From contig JAVYSX010000001.1 of the NCBI GenBank assembly GCA_038728965.1, forward strand, positions 30,586 through 94,585: a stretch of DNA of 64,000 nucleotides, in the 5' to 3' direction. Below are positions 27,917 to 36,553 of the stretch, piece after piece (position 1 is the first letter of the stretch; each line of letters begins with the position of its first letter). The notes below the pieces were generated by a model that saw only the letters and a program-made list of their open reading frames with translations, searched no databases and was not told where the DNA came from. The DNA comes from Thermoplasmatales archaeon. Its GTDB lineage: Archaea > Thermoplasmatota > Thermoplasmata > Thermoplasmatales > GCA-001856825. The position numbers and the translations under genes are program-made.

Positions 27917-28594
27917 ATGAAATTTGTACCTATAATGCTAAATACCGCTGGCAGAAAGCTCCTCATTATTGGAGGCGGAAAGGCCGCTGCACTGAAACTG
28001 AAATACTTAGTTTCGAGGTTTGATAAGATAACCGTTATATCGGACACCTTCAATGATATTGCCCCCACAGGTAACGTTGAAATGATAAAGCTTCACATCG
28101 CAGATACCGACATTCTCAATGAATTCGTAGATAGTGATACAATCGTGATCATTGCCAGCGACGATGATGAACTGAACGCTAGGATCAGGGAATACTGCGA
28201 AAAAAAGGGAATACTTTACAACAGCGTGGACAGGAAGGATAGCCCCTTTATTTTCCCCGCCGTACTTTATTCAAACAATGTTGTTGTGAGCGTTTCGACG
28301 GAGGGGAGATCTCCCTCGCTATCTAGGTTTCTGAAGAAGAAGATTGCCCAGACTGTTGAACAGTATTCCAGTGCTCTACCGGTAGTAGAGAAATTAAGAA
28401 GCGATATGCGTAACATGGAACACGGTAAGAGAGCAATTTACTTTGAGAATTTATTTAGGCATGATAATTTTTGGGAGCTCGTTAATAAAGGAGATTACGA
28501 TGGTGCTCTGAAATTGGCACGTAGTCTTTTGTTACTTGAAAATCCATCAAAGAGCAGCTATGAACCTATTAAAAATAAAAATAAATTAATTTAA
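27917..28594 (+). CDS. sirC: precorrin-2 dehydrogenase / sirohydrochlorin ferrochelatase (SirC/Met8/CysG-N-like)
   Basis: N-terminal Rossmann fold LLIIGGGKAAALKLKYL. 225 aa. Starts 1 nt after the cobA stop. Confidence 0.75.
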   Translation: MKFVPIMLNTAGRKLLIIGGGKAAALKLKYLVSRFDKITVISDTFNDIAPTGNVEMIKLHIADTDILNEFVDSDTIVIIASDDDELNARIREYCEKKGILYNSVDRKDSPFIFPAVLYSNNVVVSVSTEGRSPSLSRFLKKKIAQTVEQYSSALPVVEKLRSDMRNMEHGKRAIYFENLFRHDNFWELVNKGDYDGALKLARSLLLLENPSKSSYEPIKNKNKLI

Positions 28595-29217
28595 TCTTTC
28601 TTGCCCAAGGGAAACAACGGGAGCGGAGGTTTTAACCCTGCGTTAACCCACCTATCATTTATTACAACAGCGCCTGCTAGGTAAGTTGTAAAGATCACGT
28701 CAATTATGCCTGCTACGCCTGCCGGAAAGACAGCCTTGGGCATTCCACCGAAAACAGAGCCAGTAGAAGTCATGCTCAGAAGAGGTATCGCCCAAAGTAT
28801 AAAGGTCACAAGAAGGAAGAAGAGCATCAGGTTATGCATCAGTGTCATCTTGAAGCTGCCGATCCAGAAGAAGAACGTCATGAAGGTAAACGCAAGAGCC
28901 ATCATCCCTACCAGATGTGTGTGTGCCAATCCTGTCATCCACCCTAACTTCATCGCAAAAGTTGCAACGGAGAATGTCAGAAAGAACCCGGCATAGGTAC
29001 CAAAGGCAGTCGCACCGAAAGTATTTCCGTTGTTGTATTCCCAGTTCGCAGCTACAAGCAACAGCAAACCGCTGAAGACTAGCGCCGGAGCCATGAGGGC
29101 TGTGCTCTCGCCCCAGCTAAATACTCCGAGCGCATAGAGAGACAAGATCATCAGACCGAAGCCATATGCAAAGATTCCTAATGATGTAGGGTCACCTTTT
29201 TTCATTTCACCTGCCAT
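28591..29217 (-). CDS. GPR1/FUN34/YaaH (SatP)-family small-anion channel
   Basis: Six TM helices. The N-terminal GDPTSLGIFAYGF resembles the family NPxPLG signature. 208 aa. Its stop overlaps the sirC stop tail-to-tail. Confidence 0.55.
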   Translation of the reverse strand: MAGEMKKGDPTSLGIFAYGFGLMILSLYALGVFSWGESTALMAPALVFSGLLLLVAANWEYNNGNTFGATAFGTYAGFFLTFSVATFAMKLGWMTGLAHTHLVGMMALAFTFMTFFFWIGSFKMTLMHNLMLFFLLVTFILWAIPLLSMTSTGSVFGGMPKAVFPAGVAGIIDVIFTTYLAGAVVINDRWVNAGLKPPLPLFPLGKKD

Positions 29218-29367
29218 TTTAGATTCCTCCTAAACGGCAAAATATACTGCAGTCAATATTAATGAGGTACCCTTACCTGTTAGACCTGACCGTCCCATCT
29301 CCTTGGATACTTCTTAGGAATCGAAATTCATTGGTTCAAAAGTCCACCGATATGTTCCCCTTGAGGC

Positions 29368-31794
29368 TTACCTTTTTATTTCCTTCACCTGTTCCTTCGA
29401 TTCCAGCTGTGCCACCCGGTTTTTAAGGTCAGATATTTCCTCCTTTATCATCAGGAATTCTGACGGCAGCGGGATCTCCTTCATCTCAAATGCCTCCCTC
29501 ATAGCTCTCCTAACAAATCCGTTCTTCTCACGTTCATATGAATTTCTAAGCTCACCCAGGAGTTTCGTATCAGCCGTCGCTCTTATGGATTCGACTGACG
29601 CGGACCTCACTGCAGGGAAATCATCCCTCAGTGTGTCTAAGAAATAACTCCCGATCGATCTGTCCTGCCAATAAAATTTAGATAACGCTGAAACCGCAGC
29701 TGCCCGGGTTTGCCAGTCGTAATCCTTCTTCAGGTATTCTTTTAACGTTGCCACAACTGACAAATCATTTAATTCTCCCAACGCGTTAAGAGCCGCTGTT
29801 CTGATCCAACTGTCGTAGGACTGTACCCCAAGACCTTTTAGTAAAAGTTCCTTCGACCCTTCCTTTCCAACCTTTACTGCGGATGTTAGTGCAAGGGACC
29901 TTATCCTGTACCCCTTTTCGGACTCAAAAATTTCGGCCAGTTTTTTGAGGAATCTTGGATCGCGGGTGTTTGCAACAGAAGACACCACCTCTCTCCTCGC
30001 ATTATAGTCGCTGTCATCGATCATCTTGAGGAGCGCCTCAAAAGCTTTATCACCGCCAATTAACGAAATACTTTCAGCTATTTTTGACTTGACGTACCAG
30101 GATTTCTCTTCCCAGAATGCACTTTCCAGGAAAGCAATTTCAGAGAATCCATAGTCACGAAGCTCCGAAGCTGCCCTAGCCCTTTCAATCACACTTCCGC
30201 CATTTCTAAGAATGTATCGAAGCGCGTCTCTAGAAATACCGATCTTGTAGGTAGCCAGAACGCTGTCGTCGGGATCGATTGAAAATGCTCTGAAATCCTT
30301 ACCTTCAAATTCTAATTGCGTTACCTTTTCATTTATGGAGACATCAAAATCTAATTTTCTGTCCTCGTAGTATAACCTAACGGGAATACGAAGGGTGAAT
30401 ACCCTTCCGCTTTGGTTAATGGTTATTATGACCTTCCCGGCTCTGAATGACTCCTGAACCTCAATCTCAGGATGCCCTGGGAGTTCTAGAAACTGATGAA
30501 ATGTCTGCTCCAGAGATAAGCCAGAAACACTCGAGAGTGCAGCTCTGAGGTCCTCCGTCGATACGCTTCTCATCCTGTTCGTCTCAAGGTACGTCCTTAC
30601 TCCGGCCCAGAAGACCCGATCACCCAGAAGGTAATTTAGATATCTAAGAAACAGGCTAGCCTTCTGGTAAAGGTGCCTGTCAAACAGCTCTTCTGGCTCC
30701 TTATAGTTCCTTTCTACTATAGCCCTTCCGTACCTATTCCTGAATTCCTTCAAGTAAGTTTCGCGTATACCTTCGACCTCGGCAAGAAAATCGTCATGAC
30801 CCTTGAACCTTTCCACGTACAGCATTGCCATGTATGTTGCAAACCCCTCGTTGAGCCACGCATGTGACCAGTCCTTGCACGTAACGAAGTCCCCGAACCA
30901 TTGATGAGCCAGCTCGTGGCATAGGAGACGCTCCGATTGATAGTCTAGGTGGGCTATCTCGTCGTGAAAGATCCTGTCCGTCAACGTAGTTGCAGTTATA
31001 TTTTCCATTCCGCCCATTATGAAGTTTGTTACGCACGTCTGATCGTACTTTGAGTAGGGATACCGAACTCCGGTCTTCTCGCTTATAAACTGCATCATAT
31101 CCGGCGTATTTCTGAATGCTCTATCCGCATACTCTGCGAATTTTGGGAGAAAGTTTGAGCTGATCCTTATGCCGTTCCATTCCTGCTCGTAACTCACAAA
31201 TTTCCCGGCTACTATACTGACCAGGTATGACGGGAATTTAAAATCTTCCTTAAAGGTGTATGTTGTAAATTCACCCTCCACCTTTGACAGCATTTTCCCA
31301 TTGCTGATGACCTTGAATTCGGGTGGAACAGTCACCCTTATCTCATATTCGCTCCTGTCATTTGGGTAATCAAAGCAGGGAAACCAAGAATGATTATCCT
31401 CGCTCTCCCCGTGTGTCCAGAATTGTGGGCCGCTCTCATCTTCAAGGAAATAGGCACCCTTAGTCGGATACGCCTTGTAGGTAATTGTGACCGTGTATTC
31501 GGAGAACGGGTTAAAATCTCCTAGTACAACTATCCGATTTTTCCTAGTCTCAAATCTAGCAGGAACACCCCTCACTGACACATTAAATACTTCCATGTCC
31601 TGAGCATCTATATCGAGATGATCCTGCTTTAATCCGTTGACTTTGAGATGCAGTTCTACCTTCCCTTCGACTGCCTTTTCCTCAAAATTTATCTTAACGT
31701 CTATTACGGTCTTTTTGACCTCAAATTGCTTTTCTCTCTCTAGCGTGGAAGAATAGCCTTGAAGTGCGAATGGTTTGAACTCCTGATCGAGCAT
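29368..31794 (-). CDS. M1-family aminopeptidase with C-terminal HEAT/ARM-repeat extension
   Basis: GGMENITATT and HELAHQWFGD...WLNEGFATY motifs. The C-terminal ~250 aa contain repeated helical units (DSDYNARREVV..., DSWIRTAALNALG..., DWQTRAAAVSAL..., FPAVRSASVESI). Start placed at the Met at 31794 because the tracked 31881 start overlaps hemH by 52 nt. Confidence 0.85.
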   Translation of the reverse strand: MLDQEFKPFALQGYSSTLEREKQFEVKKTVIDVKINFEEKAVEGKVELHLKVNGLKQDHLDIDAQDMEVFNVSVRGVPARFETRKNRIVVLGDFNPFSEYTVTITYKAYPTKGAYFLEDESGPQFWTHGESEDNHSWFPCFDYPNDRSEYEIRVTVPPEFKVISNGKMLSKVEGEFTTYTFKEDFKFPSYLVSIVAGKFVSYEQEWNGIRISSNFLPKFAEYADRAFRNTPDMMQFISEKTGVRYPYSKYDQTCVTNFIMGGMENITATTLTDRIFHDEIAHLDYQSERLLCHELAHQWFGDFVTCKDWSHAWLNEGFATYMAMLYVERFKGHDDFLAEVEGIRETYLKEFRNRYGRAIVERNYKEPEELFDRHLYQKASLFLRYLNYLLGDRVFWAGVRTYLETNRMRSVSTEDLRAALSSVSGLSLEQTFHQFLELPGHPEIEVQESFRAGKVIITINQSGRVFTLRIPVRLYYEDRKLDFDVSINEKVTQLEFEGKDFRAFSIDPDDSVLATYKIGISRDALRYILRNGGSVIERARAASELRDYGFSEIAFLESAFWEEKSWYVKSKIAESISLIGGDKAFEALLKMIDDSDYNARREVVSSVANTRDPRFLKKLAEIFESEKGYRIRSLALTSAVKVGKEGSKELLLKGLGVQSYDSWIRTAALNALGELNDLSVVATLKEYLKKDYDWQTRAAAVSALSKFYWQDRSIGSYFLDTLRDDFPAVRSASVESIRATADTKLLGELRNSYEREKNGFVRRAMREAFEMKEIPLPSEFLMIKEEISDLKNRVAQLESKEQVKEIKR

Positions 31795-31829
31795 AGTCTG
31801 ATATAGAAATGAATACTTTATTGTTTCCC

Positions 31830-32678
31830 TCAAATTTTGCGATTCCTGAGAATAGCTGAAGCGATGGAATTTATCACGCACGATGAATCATTGGGTAGCG
31901 GCACCCTCAGGTAATCCAGGCCTGCATCGATGGCCTGGTTCCGCAACCTGTAGTCCAGGTCATAGAGAACCTCCAAATGATCGTAAATGAATCCAATCGG
32001 AACGATCTTTATGCCTGAATATCCCTTCTCCTTCGCGTATTTTATGGAGAATTCTGGATACGGGGACAACCACTTGCTGTGGAACGGCCCCTGGCTGTGA
32101 TAGATGTTTATATATTCCCTCCCTCCGGATATTGATTTGGACATTCTGTCTATAAGAACCGGGTACTCGTCCGGCCTCTCAATCGGTATGCTATGCGCAG
32201 AAAAAACAAGGAGGTATTCTTCATTACCCTGTACCAGATCAGCGAAATAGCCGAGTAACTCCCCCTCAAATCCGATGTTAGATATTCTCACAAATTTCCT
32301 CTCTCCCAGCGAGGATTCAAAGGGTCCGTAATAGCCTTCGAATATATAGTTAGAGTAAATGGGAAAAAGAGGAACTTCGTATATGATGTTCTCACCAACT
32401 ATCGACGCAGCCTCGTTTATAGAGGGTTTGTAATGTTTTGAAAGAAGGTATACGGAATACCCTTGGTCCCTCAATTTCGCGGCGACCTTATCTCTTATAC
32501 TCCTGACTATGCTGGTTGACGGAGTTGCCCCCCCGATGATCTCCAACTTTGAAAGATTCTCCCTGAGCAGGTATTCCGGCGGTTCTTTCCCGTGTAGTAT
32601 ATCCCTGAGATAATCTGCCATCTCTTCCTTCCTCTCAGGGAATCCGTAGTACATCAGGACCACAGCCTTATCCGTCAA
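31830..32678 (-). CDS. hemH: ferrochelatase family (HemH / coproporphyrin ferrochelatase CpfC-like)
   Basis: FSAHSIP and GFIYDHLEVLYDLD motifs. 282 aa. 11-nt overlap with hemE. Confidence 0.8.
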   Translation of the reverse strand: MTDKAVVLMYYGFPERKEEMADYLRDILHGKEPPEYLLRENLSKLEIIGGATPSTSIVRSIRDKVAAKLRDQGYSVYLLSKHYKPSINEAASIVGENIIYEVPLFPIYSNYIFEGYYGPFESSLGERKFVRISNIGFEGELLGYFADLVQGNEEYLLVFSAHSIPIERPDEYPVLIDRMSKSISGGREYINIYHSQGPFHSKWLSPYPEFSIKYAKEKGYSGIKIVPIGFIYDHLEVLYDLDYRLRNQAIDAGLDYLRVPLPNDSSCVINSIASAILRNRKI

Positions 32679-33666
32679 AATTATGCACCTCGTCAGCTAC
32701 AAACGAGAGTTTACTCCAGTTTGCCCATTTAGGCACGCCGTGCCCAAGATTGAAAACATGTCCCTTGAATGATTTTCCTTCCGTCATGATCCTTCTTACC
32801 TCCTTTCTCAGGTAAATGTCCGGGGAGTCCAGAAGATCCGGATCAAGATTACCCTGAACAACGCGATCTCCGTATACTTCGAGGTATCTGTTTAGACTCT
32901 GCCTCCAGTCCACAGAGAACACATCTGCTTCCAAACGCGATAATGCTCTGGATAAATGGGATGTCCCCTCGCTGAAGAAGATCACGGGTTTCCCGAGTTC
33001 CCTGACCTTTTCAACAAAATATTCTTCCCATTGTTTAACGTGCATCTCGTAAAATGTTTCCGAAAGGCTCCCCAACCAACTCTCGAAGATCTGTATCACA
33101 TCCACTCCGGAATCTGCCTGCAACTTCCCGAAGTTTAAGGTGTTCTCAATGACCTGTGACATCAGTACTTCTCCTCTCTCCAGCACCTCCCTCTTCGCCA
33201 AATGGTAGCCCGCCTTCCCCTTCTCATAAATGTAGGAGAGCGTCGTATACGGGCCCCCCAGCACTCCAATTATGGTAAGGTCTCCATAGTCCCTAGATAC
33301 CATCTTGATTGCCTGTGAAAGTCCTTGAGGCAATTCCTTATAATCTGTATCTCCGGACGTTACATTAATTCCGTTTTCATAGCTCACCTTATAACCCATC
33401 AGTCCCAAAGGGATCAAGATGTCCGTAAATATAACAATGGCATCCGTTTTAATGTACTTCGTAGGAAGAACAGAGAGGTGGTATATGGCATCGGGATCTG
33501 CCAGAAGGTCGTTGAACGTTCTCCCACGTTTTATCTCCTGATATTCCTTGAGGTACCTGCCGGCCTGCCTCATGAACCAGACAGCGTTTTCACGAGCTTC
33601 ACCCCTAGAAATTTTCAATACTGTTTTTCGGGGCATTTTCTTATAGCTTTTATGAATATTTATCAT
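32668..33666 (-). CDS. hemE: uroporphyrinogen decarboxylase
   Basis: The VWFMRQAGRYL signature lies near the N-terminus. 332 aa. The Met at 33636 (MPRKTVL) is an alternative start. Confidence 0.85.
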   Translation of the reverse strand: MINIHKSYKKMPRKTVLKISRGEARENAVWFMRQAGRYLKEYQEIKRGRTFNDLLADPDAIYHLSVLPTKYIKTDAIVIFTDILIPLGLMGYKVSYENGINVTSGDTDYKELPQGLSQAIKMVSRDYGDLTIIGVLGGPYTTLSYIYEKGKAGYHLAKREVLERGEVLMSQVIENTLNFGKLQADSGVDVIQIFESWLGSLSETFYEMHVKQWEEYFVEKVRELGKPVIFFSEGTSHLSRALSRLEADVFSVDWRQSLNRYLEVYGDRVVQGNLDPDLLDSPDIYLRKEVRRIMTEGKSFKGHVFNLGHGVPKWANWSKLSFVADEVHNFDG

Positions 33667-33722
33667 TTACATTTATCCCCGACCAACATCTCTTTTAAAT
33701 ATAATTGTGGAATCCAAGCAAA

Positions 33723-34850
33723 ATGAATAGAGCTAGCGTTGATTTCAACTCAAAACCTATACTCATATTCTGGGAAACGACGAAAGCGTGCGATCTCGCT
33801 TGCAAGCACTGTCGCGCTTCGGCTCTCACGGATCCTCTTCCAGATGAACTGACGCTCGGTGAAGCGTTAACATTTTTAGATCAGATCACAGATTTCGGCA
33901 AACCGTATCCTGTTGTCATATTGACTGGAGGGGACATAATGAAGAGAGTGGGACTTGAGCAGATACTTCACCACGCTAATGAATTGGGGCTACCAGTATC
34001 GATGGCACCAAGTGCAACGCCCCTGCTGAACGAATCTGCATTTTCAATGATGAAAAAGTTCAACGTGAGATCGCTTTCACTGAGCCTAGATGGAGCCTCA
34101 AAAACAACCCATGACTGGCTCAGGGGTCTCAATGGTACTTTTGACTTCACGATATCTCTTATGAAAAAAGTAATCCGGGAGGGATTCACGCTACAGATTA
34201 ATACCACAGTTTTCAAAAGAAACGTAGAAGAACTACCTGAACTGCTTAAAATTCTAATTGACAACGGTGTTAAAACCTGGGAGGTCTTCTCCCTGATAAG
34301 AACAGGCAGGGGGATAGATAGGGAAGATCTTGATCCCAGAGAATACGAGGATGTTTTTAACTACCTCGAATTTGCTTCAAGATACTCTGTGACAGTGAGA
34401 ACTGTCGAGGCACCGTTTTTTAGAAGAATACTGAAGGAACGGGAAAATTCAGATTATGCAGGTGGCAGCCTGTACAGAGAATTAGTAGAAAAGACAGTAA
34501 AATTGCTGGGGGAACCTACAGGAATATCAAGAGGACACACTACTTTTACTAGGGATGGGAAGGGTGTCATATTTGTTGGTCAGAACGGGGAGGTAAATCC
34601 ATCTGGATTCCTCCCGGTAAACCTGGGCAATGTAAAAGAAAAAAGCATAGTTGAGATATATCGCAAAAATGAAACGCTTATCATGCTAAGAGACCCGAAA
34701 AACTTGAAGGGGAGGTGCGGTGTGTGCGAGTATGCGGACATATGCGGTGGATCAAGGGCAAGAGCGTTCAGCTATTTCAACGATATATTTCAGGAAGACC
34801 CCAGATGTATCTACATTCCCAAGGAAATACAAAGCTTGAATACCACTTAG
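33723..34850 (+). CDS. radical SAM/SPASM enzyme of the AhbC/AhbD/NirJ family (candidate coprohaem decarboxylase, AhbD-like)
   Basis: WETTKACDLACKHCRA (CX3CX2C) followed by LTLGEALTFLDQITDFGKPYPVVILTGGD, typical of AhbD/NirJ. C-terminal Cys cluster CGVCEYADICGG. TTTAAATATAA box at 33693-33703 suggests a leaderless ATG at 33723. The tracked TTG at 33705 is the alternative start. Confidence 0.65.
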   Translation: MNRASVDFNSKPILIFWETTKACDLACKHCRASALTDPLPDELTLGEALTFLDQITDFGKPYPVVILTGGDIMKRVGLEQILHHANELGLPVSMAPSATPLLNESAFSMMKKFNVRSLSLSLDGASKTTHDWLRGLNGTFDFTISLMKKVIREGFTLQINTTVFKRNVEELPELLKILIDNGVKTWEVFSLIRTGRGIDREDLDPREYEDVFNYLEFASRYSVTVRTVEAPFFRRILKERENSDYAGGSLYRELVEKTVKLLGEPTGISRGHTTFTRDGKGVIFVGQNGEVNPSGFLPVNLGNVKEKSIVEIYRKNETLIMLRDPKNLKGRCGVCEYADICGGSRARAFSYFNDIFQEDPRCIYIPKEIQSLNTT

Positions 34851-34865
34851 GCAATTACGACAGTC

Positions 34866-35369
34866 ATGACCCCGCTAATAATATTCTTGCTGTTTATCCA
34901 TGTTATCTCGGCCGTGTTTCTCGTGGGATCCTCGATATTTGTATGGATAGTTATATGGCCTGCAAGCTCCGATGCTATAAAGGATGAAAAGCTCAGAACC
35001 AAATTCATGAGTGTCATGGGGAAACGTTATGCACTCTACACAAACATAACTGTAGTTCTCCTGACAGTTACTGGTCTTCTTCTCGTAGCACTGTATTATC
35101 CTGTATACTTTTACGATTTAGGGTATGCCATAAGGACGAGGTGGGGCTACATACTGACAATCAAGATAATAACAGTTATAGCTATGTATTCAATCATGTA
35201 CGGAAACAACCTTTGGCATGGGAAACTAATACCCAAGCTTGCAGAAGCAGGTAATTTTGATGAGCTTAAAAGGATAAGAAAGATTTCGCACATGCTTTCA
35301 TTCATCACTGTCGCTCTTATGGTAGTAATAATCTTAATAGCTGAAATATTGGCCGGGGTGTTCTTCTGA
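34866..35369 (+). CDS. 4-TM membrane protein, HemJ/CopD-superfamily-like
   Basis: 167 aa. His in TM1 (FIHVISAVF). Spacing of the four helices and a charged loop resemble HemJ (UPF0093). Sandwiched between the AhbD-like gene and hemL, with a TGATG overlap. Confidence 0.35.
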   Translation: MTPLIIFLLFIHVISAVFLVGSSIFVWIVIWPASSDAIKDEKLRTKFMSVMGKRYALYTNITVVLLTVTGLLLVALYYPVYFYDLGYAIRTRWGYILTIKIITVIAMYSIMYGNNLWHGKLIPKLAEAGNFDELKRIRKISHMLSFITVALMVVIILIAEILAGVFF

Positions 35370-36553
35370 TGAGGAGCGGTGAACTTTACCGGCGGGCGGT
35401 CAGGCTTTATCCCCGTGGAGTGAATAGCCCCGTAAGATACTATGAACCCTACCCTGTATTCTTCAAAAGGGGAGCCGGAGGGAAACTTGAGGACGTTGAC
35501 GGGAAATATTACAACGATTTTGTCCTTGGATACGGCCCATTGATCCTGGGGCACTCTAACCCGGAGGTAATTAAAAGAGTCAGGGACAGGATTGATAATG
35601 GTACTCTCTTCGGAGCTCCAACCGAGGAGGAAGTTGAATTCGGCGAATTATTCAAAAGGGCAACAGGGATCGAAATGATGAGAGTGGTTAACTCAGGAAC
35701 TGAGGCCACGATGCACGCGATTCGCTTGGCACTTTACGTTAGCAAGAGGAAAAAGGTCCTAAAAATAAGAGGTGGATACCACGGTACACACCCCTATAAT
35801 TATTTGTCTGAATACGTTGAGGAAGTTGAATTCAACGATATCAATTCTGCCAAATCAAGGCTTTCATCGAGGGAGATAGGCGCCTTCATTCTAGAACCGG
35901 TCATGGGAAATGCAGGTGTGGTTCTTCCCGAGGACGGATATTTAGAGGAGATCCAAGATGCCTGTAGGAATTATGAGACTCCATTAATATTGGACGAAGT
36001 GATCACCGGTTTCAGGACAGGTTTTTACCCCTATTACAGAAGCAAGCATATAGAACCTGATCTTGCAACATTTGGAAAGATAATCGGGGGAGGATTCCCA
36101 CTGGCTGCTTATGGAGGGCGAGAATCTTTTATGAGGGCTGTTCGTCCCATGGGGGATTTCCCACAGGCAGGCACCTATTCTGGAAATCCTGTATCCATAA
36201 CTGCGGGATTAGAAACACTAAAAATTCTAGAAAAAATGGATTACAGCAGGCTAAAAAATCTCACTGAAATCGCATGGAATAAGTTATCAGGATCCGGACT
36301 GACTGTAAACGCCTTAACCGGCATGCTTTCCGTATTTTTTAATGATAATCCTGTAAAGAGCTACAGAGACGTTTCCGATTCTCGGAGGGACCTTTACATG
36401 AAACTTTTCAGGTCTGCCATTGAAAATGGAATATACATTCCACCCTCATTTGACGAAACAATGTTCATCTCATTCGCCCACAGGGAGGAGGATGTGAAAG
36501 AGAGCTTTTCGTTTTTGTCAGAAGAGGCAGGAAGGATATGGAGAGGACGATGA
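35369..36553 (+). CDS. hemL: glutamate-1-semialdehyde 2,1-aminomutase
   Basis: GVNSPVR motif. PLP-lysine context TFGKIIGGG. 394 aa. Confidence 0.9.
   Translation: MRSGELYRRAVRLYPRGVNSPVRYYEPYPVFFKRGAGGKLEDVDGKYYNDFVLGYGPLILGHSNPEVIKRVRDRIDNGTLFGAPTEEEVEFGELFKRATGIEMMRVVNSGTEATMHAIRLALYVSKRKKVLKIRGGYHGTHPYNYLSEYVEEVEFNDINSAKSRLSSREIGAFILEPVMGNAGVVLPEDGYLEEIQDACRNYETPLILDEVITGFRTGFYPYYRSKHIEPDLATFGKIIGGGFPLAAYGGRESFMRAVRPMGDFPQAGTYSGNPVSITAGLETLKILEKMDYSRLKNLTEIAWNKLSGSGLTVNALTGMLSVFFNDNPVKSYRDVSDSRRDLYMKLFRSAIENGIYIPPSFDETMFISFAHREEDVKESFSFLSEEAGRIWRGR

Noticed and set aside
31795-31881. Extra 29 N-terminal residues of the tracked M1-peptidase ORF overlapping hemH by 52 nt
   Set aside because: An internal Met at 31794 removes the overlap and still precedes the conserved N-terminal domain. 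The extension has no conserved look. This remains uncertain.
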